Origin: Aquifex aeolicus VF5 | GTDB taxonomy: Bacteria; Aquificota; Aquificia; Aquificales; Aquificaceae | Assembly: GCF_000008625.1 (NCBI RefSeq) | Contig: NC_000918.1 | Location: 840,001 to 872,000 of the forward strand | Length of the DNA: 32,000 nt | Reading direction: 5' to 3' | Part shown: positions 19,084-26,713 of the stretch, in pieces | How positions within the stretch are numbered: position 1 is the stretch's first letter | Layout of the letters: every line of letters begins with the position of its first letter | Notes under the pieces: model-generated | The model's input: the letters and a program-made list of their open reading frames with translations, nothing else | Database searches by the model: none | What the model was told of the DNA's origin: nothing | Program-made: the position numbers and the translations under genes

Positions 19084-20505
19084 ATGAGTAAAGTGAAAAC
19101 GAGGTTCGCACCCAGTCCAACCGGATACCTACACCTCGGAAACGCAAGAACAGCCATATTCAGTTATCTGTTTGCAAGGCACAACAACGGAGGTTTTGTA
19201 CTTCGTATAGAGGACACCGATCCAGAGCGTTCAAAGAAAGAGTATGAAGAAATGCTGATAGAGGATTTAAAGTGGCTCGGTATAGATTGGGACGAATTCT
19301 ACAGACAGTCCGAGAGGTTTGACATATACAGGGAGTACGTGAACAAGCTCCTTGAGAGCGGTCACGCTTACCCGTGTTTTTGCACGCCGGAAGAACTTGA
19401 AAAAGAAAGAGAAGAGGCTAGAAAGAAGGGAATTCCTTACAGGTATTCTGGAAAGTGCAGACACCTGACACCAGAAGAGGTGGAGAAGTTCAAGAAGGAG
19501 GGAAAACCCTTCGCCATAAGGTTTAAAGTTCCCGAAAACAGAACCGTGGTGTTTGAAGACCTAATAAAGGGTCACATAGCCATTAACACGGATGACTTCG
19601 GGGACTTTGTAATTGTCAGGAGCGATGGCTCACCCACTTACAACTTCGTCGTTGTTGTTGACGACGCCCTTATGGGAATTACCCACGTGATAAGAGGAGA
19701 GGACCACATACCCAACACTCCCAAGCAAATACTCATATACGAAGCTCTCGGGTTTCCCGTTCCCAAGTTCGCACACCTTCCCGTTATACTGGGAGAGGAC
19801 AGGAGTAAACTCTCAAAGAGGCACGGAGCTGTTTCGGTAAGGGCTTACAGGGAAGAAGGCTATATGCCGGAAGCCCTCTTCAATTACCTCTGTCTCTTAG
19901 GGTGGTCCCCTCCAGAAGAGGGAAGGGAGATATTCTCAAAGGAAGAACTGATAAAGATTTTTGACCTCAAAGACGTAAACGACTCCCCGGCGGTCTTCAA
20001 CAAGGAAAAACTAAAGTGGATGAACGGAGTGTACATAAGGGAGGTGCTTCCCTTAGACGTTCTCCTTGAAAGGGCTATTCCCTTCTTGGAAAAAGCGGGC
20101 TACGACACGAGCGACAGGGAGTATATAAAGAAAGTTCTCGAATACACGCGCGACTCCTTTGATACATTGAGCGAAATGGTAGACAGGCTCAGACCCTTCT
20201 TCGTGGACGAGTTTGAAATACCAGAAGAGCTCTGGAGCTTCCTAGACGACGAAAAGGCTTATCAGGTTCTCTCAGCTTTCTTGGAAAAAATCAGGGAGAA
20301 AAAACCCGAAACTCCCCAGGAAGTAAAGAAGCTCGCAAAGGAAATACAAAAAGCCCTGAAAGTAAAACCACCGCAGGTATGGAAACCCCTCAGGATAGCC
20401 CTCACGGGTGAACTCGAAGGTGTGGGCATAGACATACTCATAGCCGTTCTTCCTAAGGAAAAAATAGAAAAGAGGATACTGAGGGTTCTGGAAAAGCTCT
20501 CGTGA
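19084..20505 (+). CDS. gltX: Glutamyl-tRNA synthetase
   Basis: 473 aa. HIGH-type PTGYLHLGNART, KMSKS-type KLSKR, and Zn-type CFC...CRH motif. Confidence 0.94.
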   Translation: MSKVKTRFAPSPTGYLHLGNARTAIFSYLFARHNNGGFVLRIEDTDPERSKKEYEEMLIEDLKWLGIDWDEFYRQSERFDIYREYVNKLLESGHAYPCFCTPEELEKEREEARKKGIPYRYSGKCRHLTPEEVEKFKKEGKPFAIRFKVPENRTVVFEDLIKGHIAINTDDFGDFVIVRSDGSPTYNFVVVVDDALMGITHVIRGEDHIPNTPKQILIYEALGFPVPKFAHLPVILGEDRSKLSKRHGAVSVRAYREEGYMPEALFNYLCLLGWSPPEEGREIFSKEELIKIFDLKDVNDSPAVFNKEKLKWMNGVYIREVLPLDVLLERAIPFLEKAGYDTSDREYIKKVLEYTRDSFDTLSEMVDRLRPFFVDEFEIPEELWSFLDDEKAYQVLSAFLEKIREKKPETPQEVKKLAKEIQKALKVKPPQVWKPLRIALTGELEGVGIDILIAVLPKEKIEKRILRVLEKLS

Positions 20506-21191
20506 TTTTCCTCTCCTTTAAAAAATCTTTTAAGAACATAACTATTGAAGGAAAGTTTACCTTTGAGAAGGGATTTAACGTAATTTTAGGGCCTTCGGGA
20601 GCAGGAAAGAGTACCGTGATTAAGGTAATGTGCGGTATAGAAAAGCCCGATGAGGGCTTTATGAAGTGTTGCGATGAGGTTTTCTTTGATACGAAAAAGG
20701 GAGTATTTCTACCTCCTCAAAAAAGAAGGCTCGGTGTTGTTTTCCAGAGTCATAACCTCTTCCCCCACATGACCGTAAGGGAGAACATAGAGTTTGCCTT
20801 AAAGAAGGCAAAAGAACCTCAGTTTACAGTTGAAGAACTCCTTGAAAAGTTCAACTTAAAAGGACACGAAAATAAATACCCCGGCGAGCTTTCAGGTGGA
20901 CAGAGGCAGAGAGTAGCCGTAATAAGGGCAATAGTTTTCAATCCGAGAGCCGTTTTAATGGATGAGCCCTTTTCTTCGCTTGATTTTAAAACAAAACTGA
21001 GCATTATGGAATTTATAAAGAGCGTTCACATAGAAAAGCCTGTAATTATAGTGACCCACGACCTATTTGAGGCTCTATACCTCGGACAGAAATTCTTTTT
21101 AATGGATAACGGAAAAAAGGTAAAGGAAGGCGGAAAGGAAGTATTAAAGGAGTACGTGGATTTAGAAAAAATAAAGAAGTTTTTAAGTTAG
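20502..21191 (+). CDS. ABC transporter ATP-binding protein (ModC/CysA-like core, no C-terminal TOBE domain)
   Basis: 229 aa with a GTG start overlapping the gltX stop (GTGA). Walker A GPSGAGKST, LPPQKRRLGVVFQSHNLFPHMTVRENI, signature LSGGQRQRVA, Walker B VLMDEP. Confidence 0.85.
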   Translation: MIFLSFKKSFKNITIEGKFTFEKGFNVILGPSGAGKSTVIKVMCGIEKPDEGFMKCCDEVFFDTKKGVFLPPQKRRLGVVFQSHNLFPHMTVRENIEFALKKAKEPQFTVEELLEKFNLKGHENKYPGELSGGQRQRVAVIRAIVFNPRAVLMDEPFSSLDFKTKLSIMEFIKSVHIEKPVIIVTHDLFEALYLGQKFFLMDNGKKVKEGGKEVLKEYVDLEKIKKFLS

Positions 21192-21895
21192 AGCTTGTAG
21201 TAAACGAACCTGCCACAGGAGGGACACTGCTCTATGGAATCCTCCTTTATCATCTTTGAGAGTAATACACTCGGTATCTTTATCCCGCAACCCGCACAGG
21301 CTTCATCTTCCGTTGGGACTATAACCAAGCCCTCAAAGTGTTTTTTGTTCTCCTCGTAGAATTTAAGAAGGTGCTCTGGAATTTCCCTTTTCACTTCTTC
21401 CCTTTTTTGAACGTACTCGTGTATTTTTCTGTGGGCTATGCTCTCTTCCAATTCCAAATCTTTTAGTTCTTCTTCAATTTCCTTTACTTGTCTCTCTATT
21501 CTCGGGACTTTTTCCTCTATTTCTTTCGTAATCTTTTCCAGTTCTTCTTCTATTTGGTCTATCTCGTAGGATTTTTTTAGTATCTTGTCTTCAAGTTTTG
21601 ATTTTTCCCTGAGGAGTGCCTTATACTCCACGTCCCTAGTAACCTTCATTAATTTTTCTTCGGTTACTTTTAATTTTTCTTCCGCTTCTTTTACTTCTTC
21701 CTGAAGTTGTTTTTTTAAATTCTCCAGTTCTTCCTTTCTCTTGAGTAGCGTTTCTTTTTCCTTTAATAGGGCTTCTAGCTCCTCTTTTAATTTCTTTACT
21801 TCTTCTTCTATCTTTTTAAGTCTGTGGTTGACCCTTTCGGTTTCTAAGTCTATTTCTTGAATTTTTACGAGGAGTTTTGCTTCTTCTTTTGTCAT
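21188..21895 (-). CDS. Coiled-coil plus C4 zinc-ribbon protein (COG1579/DUF164; H. pylori HP0958-like)
   Basis: 235 aa. Long E/K-rich heptad region, then CAGC-x20-CPSCGRFVYY. Confidence 0.7.
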   Translation of the reverse strand: MTKEEAKLLVKIQEIDLETERVNHRLKKIEEEVKKLKEELEALLKEKETLLKRKEELENLKKQLQEEVKEAEEKLKVTEEKLMKVTRDVEYKALLREKSKLEDKILKKSYEIDQIEEELEKITKEIEEKVPRIERQVKEIEEELKDLELEESIAHRKIHEYVQKREEVKREIPEHLLKFYEENKKHFEGLVIVPTEDEACAGCGIKIPSVLLSKMIKEDSIEQCPSCGRFVYYKL

Positions 21896-21902
21896 GGTTT
21901 TG

Positions 21903-21978
21903 TGGTGGGCGCGGGAGGACTCGAACCCCCAACCGGGCGGTTATGAGCCGCCCGCTCTGCCAATTGAGCTACGCGCCC
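21903..21978 (-). tRNA. tRNA with CAT anticodon (elongator Met, or Ile2 if lysidine-modified), CCA encoded
   Basis: Cloverleaf: acceptor GGGCGCG/CGCGCCC (G1:C72, so not an initiator), D arm GCTC-AATTGGCA-GAGC, anticodon stem GGCGG/CCGCC with loop CTCATAA, T arm GGGGG-TTCGAGT-CCTCC. Confidence 0.9.
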
Positions 21979-21991
21979 AAGCTAAATAAAT

Positions 21992-22020
21992 ATTATACTT
22001 CCTGAACTGGAAAAGTGCAA
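21992..22020 (-). promoter_or_regulatory. Sigma-70-type promoter for tRNA-Met: TTGCAC-17 nt-TATAAT
   Basis: Minus strand reads TTGCAC (22020-22015), a 17-nt spacer, then TATAAT (21997-21992). The -10 ends 13 nt before the mature tRNA 5' end. Confidence 0.55.
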
Positions 22021-22047
22021 GATATTACTTAAATTAATTCCTTTGGA

Positions 22048-23118
22048 ATGAGAGTAGCGGTGGGAATGAGCGGTGGCGTTGACAGCAGCGTCACCGCACT
22101 CCTTCTTAAAGAACAGGGACACGACGTAATACGAGTTACTTTGCGCTTTCACACGGTGGAAGCCTGCGAGGTGAACGAAACGCACAACGTCTGTTGCTCT
22201 CCAAAGGACGTTCAGGATGCAAGCAGGGTGGCAAAAAGACTCGGTATTCCACACCTTGTATTTTCATGGGAGGAAATATTTAAAAGTAAAGTAATAGATT
22301 ACTTCGTTGAGGAGTACAAAAGAGGAAGAACGCCAAACCCCTGTGCCCTTTGCAACAGAGAGGTAAAAACGGGTTTCTTTGCACGGTACCTAAAACAAGT
22401 TGCGGATATAGACAAACTCGCAACAGGACACTACGCAAAAATAGAGGAAGATAAGAAGTACGGCCTTGTGATAAAAAGGCCAAAGGACAGGAAAAGGGAT
22501 CAAACTTACTTTTTGTCTCTCGTCAGAAGGGAGGACTTGGAACTCCTCACTTTTCCCCTCGGTGCGTACACAAAAGAGGAAGTAAGGGAGATAGCGAAAA
22601 GGTACGGACTCGAAGTAGCTCAAAAGAGGGATTCTCAGGAAGTGTGCTTCTTGATGGGAAAGAGTCCGGGAGAGTACCTTGAAGGGATTTTGGGAAAACA
22701 GAGGGGACTTATTAAGCACGTTTCGGGAAAAGTTCTCGGTGAGCATGAGGGCGTTTACCGCTACACGATAGGACAGAGAAGGGGACTCGGCATATCTTAC
22801 GGAAAACCTGTTTACGTGATAGACATAGACGCGAAAACTAATACGCTGATAGTAGGAGAAGAAGAATACCTTTACAACGACAAACTCCTCGTTAAGGAGA
22901 TAAACTTCCACGTTCCCTTGGAAAAGTGGGAAAACGTATCCGCTCAAATCAGGTACAGACATAAACCTGTTCCCGTGGAGAGGATAGAAAAAACTGAAGA
23001 AGGGTTCCTCGTTAAGTTCAAGGAGGATGTTCGAGGAATTACACCGGGACAGGTGGTAGCCTTTTACGACGGAGACGTGCTTTTGGGCGGAGGGATAATT
23101 GAAGAAAGCGTAAAGTGA
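22048..23118 (+). CDS. mnmA: tRNA-specific 2-thiouridylase
   Basis: 356 aa. PP-loop VAVGMSGGVDSSV, NPCALCN, ATGHYA. Confidence 0.94.
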   Translation: MRVAVGMSGGVDSSVTALLLKEQGHDVIRVTLRFHTVEACEVNETHNVCCSPKDVQDASRVAKRLGIPHLVFSWEEIFKSKVIDYFVEEYKRGRTPNPCALCNREVKTGFFARYLKQVADIDKLATGHYAKIEEDKKYGLVIKRPKDRKRDQTYFLSLVRREDLELLTFPLGAYTKEEVREIAKRYGLEVAQKRDSQEVCFLMGKSPGEYLEGILGKQRGLIKHVSGKVLGEHEGVYRYTIGQRRGLGISYGKPVYVIDIDAKTNTLIVGEEEYLYNDKLLVKEINFHVPLEKWENVSAQIRYRHKPVPVERIEKTEEGFLVKFKEDVRGITPGQVVAFYDGDVLLGGGIIEESVK

Positions 23119-23159
23119 GGTTATACTATTTAGCTTGAATCCTTTGAGGAGGTAAGGGA

Positions 23160-24362
23160 TTGAAAAACATAGTAGTTACCCCCATGACCTTTGAACCCGT
23201 TTACGAGCAAGATGCGGAAATTGTTGAAAGAAAAGGCATAGGTCACCCGGACACCATATGCGACTATCTGGCGGAAGAGCTCTCCGTTGCGCTTTCAAAA
23301 CTTTACATAGAGAGATTCGGGGCTATTATGCACCACAACGTGGATAAAGCCCTTCTGGTAGGTGGTGAGGCGAATCCCGTTTTCGGCGGAGGAGAGGTAA
23401 TATCCCCCATAGAGATATACCTCGTAGGAAGAGCTCTCAAGGAGTACAAGGGGGTAACGATTCCCGCAGAAGAGCTCGCGATAGAAGTGGCAAGGGAGTG
23501 GCTGAAAGATAACATAAGGAACCTTGATCCTGACACACACGTGATAATAAAGCCAAGGATTAAGCCCGGAAGCAAGGACCTGGTGGACCTTTTTCTGAGA
23601 TTTCAACAAAAGGGAGAGGTTCCCCTAGCCAACGATACCTCCTTTGGAGTAGGCTTTGCACCCCTTGACGACCTAGAGAGAATAGTCTTCGAAACGGAAC
23701 AGCTCCTTAACTCTCCTTCCTTTAAAGAAAATCACCCTTACGTCGGAGAAGACATAAAGGTAATGGGAGTGAGGATAAAGGATAAGGTCAGGATTACGAT
23801 AGCTTGTGCCTTCGTTAGCAAGTACGTTGAAAACATTCAGGATTACCTGGAAAAGAAAGAGCACGTAAGAAGAATAGTTGAGGAAATGGCACAGGGTTTG
23901 ACGCAGAGACAGGTAGAAGTTTTCATAAACACCGCGGACGATCCTGAAAGGGAAAGCGTCTACATAACCGTTACCGGAACCTCTGCGGAACAGGGAGACG
24001 ACGGACAGGTGGGAAGGGGAAACAGAGTAAACGGACTCATTACTCCTTACAGACCCATGAGCCTGGAAGCCGCGGCGGGTAAGAACCCCGTTTCCCATAT
24101 AGGGAAGATTTACAACGTCGTTGCCAATGTGATAGCGGACAGGGTAGTGAGTGAAATAGAAGAGGTTGAAGAAGCGTACTGCTACCTTGTTTCCCAGATA
24201 GGAAAACCTATAAACGAACCGCAGGTGTGTGACGTAAAGGTTAGAACGAAGAAAGATTTAAAGAGCCTTGAAGAGGAAATAAAGAGGATCGCTCAGGAAG
24301 AACTCGAAAAGATGCCCGAAACTTGGAAGAAGTTCCTCAACAGGGAGTATGCGGTAGCCTAA
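23160..24362 (+). CDS. Archaeal-type S-adenosylmethionine synthetase (methionine adenosyltransferase)
   Basis: 400 aa with a TTG start and GAGGAGG 7 nt upstream. It is colinear with my memory of the M. jannaschii MAT: IVERKGIGHPDTICD, HHNVDKALLVGG, VPLANDTSFGVGFAPL, VGEDIKVMG, YITVTGTSAEQGDDGQVGRGNRVNGLITPYRPMSLEAAAGKNPVSHIGKIYN. Confidence 0.9.
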   Translation: MKNIVVTPMTFEPVYEQDAEIVERKGIGHPDTICDYLAEELSVALSKLYIERFGAIMHHNVDKALLVGGEANPVFGGGEVISPIEIYLVGRALKEYKGVTIPAEELAIEVAREWLKDNIRNLDPDTHVIIKPRIKPGSKDLVDLFLRFQQKGEVPLANDTSFGVGFAPLDDLERIVFETEQLLNSPSFKENHPYVGEDIKVMGVRIKDKVRITIACAFVSKYVENIQDYLEKKEHVRRIVEEMAQGLTQRQVEVFINTADDPERESVYITVTGTSAEQGDDGQVGRGNRVNGLITPYRPMSLEAAAGKNPVSHIGKIYNVVANVIADRVVSEIEEVEEAYCYLVSQIGKPINEPQVCDVKVRTKKDLKSLEEEIKRIAQEELEKMPETWKKFLNREYAVA

Positions 24363-24387
24363 GGTAAGGTTAATACTATCTAACGTG

Positions 24388-24393
24388 TAAAAT
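24388..24393 (+). promoter_or_regulatory. -10-like TAAAAT 7 nt upstream of the MFS transporter ATG
   Basis: TGTAAAAT-ATTCTTT-ATG with no SD. Confidence 0.35.
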
Positions 24394-24400
24394 ATTCTTT

Positions 24401-25579
24401 ATGCTTACTAAGGAAGAAAAAAAGGTAGTTAGCGGAATAACCTTCGTCGTAGTTGCCCGCTTTCTCGGGCTCTTTTTACTGCTACCCGTTCTCGCACCTT
24501 ACGTTAAGAACCTTCCCGGAAGCACTCCACTCCTGACAGGTCTGGCGGTGGGCATATACGGTCTGACTCAGGCTCTCCTTCAGATTCCCTTCGGATACCT
24601 CTCGGACAAGTACTCAAGGAAAGGAGTTATATCCTTCGGACTCCTTGTGTACGCTCTCGGGAGTTTTCTCGGAGGGATAGCTCAAAACATATGGATGATG
24701 CTCTTTGCCCGTTTCTTACAGGGGGCAGGAGCTATATCTTCCGCTGCGATAGCTCTGGCTGCAGATCTCATAAGGGAAGAAGTAAGAACCGTAACCTTTG
24801 CTCATATAGGTGCAGCCATAGGTATGTCCTTTGCCTTCAGTATCGTGGCGGCTCCTTTCCTGGCGGGACACTTCGGAGTTCCCTTCATCTTCTTCCTGAC
24901 GGGAGGACTTTCACTATTAGCTTTACTTTACCTCTGGATCTTCATAAAAGAACCCCAACGGCACGAGAAGGAAATTGAGCCCTTCTTAAAGCTTCTTCCC
25001 CAAATACTCAGAGATAAAAATCAAATGGCTGTGGACCTATCAATAGGGATTTTGCACCTCTTTCTTGTGTCCATATTCACAGTAATTCCCGTAGAACTCA
25101 TAGAAAGGTTTAACTTTCCGAAGCCCGAGCACTGGAAGATATACCTTCCCGTGATAATTATCTCCCTCGCCATAATGGTTCCCGCGATAATAGCTGCGGA
25201 GAGAAAAGGAAAAATGAAGCCTGTATTTCTGGCGGGTATCGCCTTTGTAGCCCTCGGATTTGCATCTCACCTGATCCTCCAGGACTTCTGGGGAGCTGTG
25301 CTTTTACTTCTCTTTTTCTTCATAGGGTTTCACCTGATGGAACCTATCCTTCCCTCTATGCTTACCAAGTTTGCGGGACCTGAGAGGAGAGGGATAGCTG
25401 TAGGTGTTTACAACACCGTGCAGTTCAGCGGAGCGTTTATAGGGGGATTTCTCGGAGGACTTTTCTTAAAACTCGGAGCTGTTTACATGCTCTTAACTAA
25501 CCTGTTACTTTCCCTTGTATGGCTTCTCGGTATAGGAATCTGGATTAAAAACGTTGAAATAAAAAAGAGAAGCACTTGA
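24401..25579 (+). CDS. Major facilitator superfamily transporter
   Basis: 392 aa with about 12 TM segments. MFS loop motif GYLSDKYSRKG between TM2 and TM3. Confidence 0.85.
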   Translation: MLTKEEKKVVSGITFVVVARFLGLFLLLPVLAPYVKNLPGSTPLLTGLAVGIYGLTQALLQIPFGYLSDKYSRKGVISFGLLVYALGSFLGGIAQNIWMMLFARFLQGAGAISSAAIALAADLIREEVRTVTFAHIGAAIGMSFAFSIVAAPFLAGHFGVPFIFFLTGGLSLLALLYLWIFIKEPQRHEKEIEPFLKLLPQILRDKNQMAVDLSIGILHLFLVSIFTVIPVELIERFNFPKPEHWKIYLPVIIISLAIMVPAIIAAERKGKMKPVFLAGIAFVALGFASHLILQDFWGAVLLLLFFFIGFHLMEPILPSMLTKFAGPERRGIAVGVYNTVQFSGAFIGGFLGGLFLKLGAVYMLLTNLLLSLVWLLGIGIWIKNVEIKKRST

Positions 25580-25608
25580 ACCCCGAGCCCCCTCTCCCTC
25601 ACAAGTTT

Positions 25609-26352
25609 TTAAACGTGTGCCAGTGCGTGTGCCTCAAACTTTACCTTTTTGATGTTCATACCAGGTTTAAAGAAGAGTATCGCAACCTCCTCGTTTTTCT
25701 TTATTGCTTCTTTTATCGCTTCCGGATCTTTTTCCGTTTTCAGGAGTGTCCTCCAGGCGAAGAAGTGCTTTATGTGATGGAAGTCCGAATTAGCCACGAA
25801 CCTGCATCCCTTAAGTCCTACGGTGTTTTGTAGGTCGTACTGGTTCGCTATTTCCCAAGCGTCAAAAAGCTCCTTGTAGTAATCCATATTCTCGTAAAGG
25901 TGCTTCGATAAGTGCTCCCTGTCCGTGTTCTTCTTCTCGGGATGGGCAGCTATACTTATTCCGTCGTTTTCCCTTACAATCTTCAGTATCTCTTCTACGC
26001 TTAAGGAAGGATCTATGTACTCGTAAACGTCTAAAACTACTATGTGGTACAGATCCGTGTTGTTCGTGACTTCAAAACCCGGAATTAGGAGCATCCTGTA
26101 CTCGTTCCATGCCCTTTTTTGTTCTTCCTTTAAGACTTTCATATAATCCTTAAAGTTTTCCTCTGTAACCGAAGGTACTTTTGTTCCCCTTTCACGGAGC
26201 TTGCTAAGATATGTAGGATCAAAGACGTGATCCGTTATCGCTATTACGTCAAATCCGTGGCTTCCGTAAAGATCCACAACGTCTCTTAAAGACAAGCTTC
26301 CATCGCTCATTTCGGTGTGTATGTGAAAGTCACAAAGGAGCCACTCTTCCAT
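25609..26352 (-). CDS. PHP-domain metal-dependent phosphoesterase (TrpH/YciV-like)
   Basis: 247 aa with GGAGGGAG SD. Metal ligands are intact: DFHIHTEMSDG, ITDH, GFEV, AAHP, NSDFHH. Confidence 0.8.
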   Translation of the reverse strand: MEEWLLCDFHIHTEMSDGSLSLRDVVDLYGSHGFDVIAITDHVFDPTYLSKLRERGTKVPSVTEENFKDYMKVLKEEQKRAWNEYRMLLIPGFEVTNNTDLYHIVVLDVYEYIDPSLSVEEILKIVRENDGISIAAHPEKKNTDREHLSKHLYENMDYYKELFDAWEIANQYDLQNTVGLKGCRFVANSDFHHIKHFFAWRTLLKTEKDPEAIKEAIKKNEEVAILFFKPGMNIKKVKFEAHALAHV

Positions 26353-26419
26353 GACATCTCCCTCCGAACTTTGCTACTTTTTTATTTACCCCTCCCCTGT
26401 TAAGAAAGAGTTAAGAACA

Positions 26420-26647
26420 TTAACCTTCCATTTCGTTTACAGTGGCTCCGTCTATTAAGCCGTGTTCTATTGCCACTTGAATTTGAGCAAGTTCCTCATC
26501 AGATGGTCTCTCGCCTTTGAGAACCTGTCTGATAAACTCCTCGGTAACCTGCTCCACGACTTCTTCGTTTATTTCATCTACATGAAGTTCGTCCCTTTCA
26601 GCAACAAACCTGCCGAAATTTACAGCCAACGTATGTATATCCTGCAC
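26420..26647 (-). CDS. Small acidic hypothetical protein (75 aa)
   Basis: GTG start with GGAGG 6 nt upstream. E/D-rich, and I recognise no family. It lies between the NrfD-like gene and the PHP gene on the same strand. Confidence 0.55.
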   Translation of the reverse strand: MQDIHTLAVNFGRFVAERDELHVDEINEEVVEQVTEEFIRQVLKGERPSDEELAQIQVAIEHGLIDGATVNEMEG

Positions 26648-26713
26648 GATAAACCTCCGTAAAGTTTTTAGAAGAATTATCGGGAAGGAAAGGAGGGAAG
26701 AAAAGGAGGAATA

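Noticed and set aside
21982-22254. 90-aa minus-strand ORF overlapping the tRNA promoter region and the mnmA 5' end.
   Set aside because: It overlaps the strongly supported mnmA PP-loop region in antisense. It has no SD and no recognisable motif.
25576-25833. 85-aa plus-strand ORF starting at the MFS stop codon.
   Set aside because: It is antisense to the C-terminal part of the PHP gene. The sequence is cysteine/phenylalanine-rich nonsense, with no SD.
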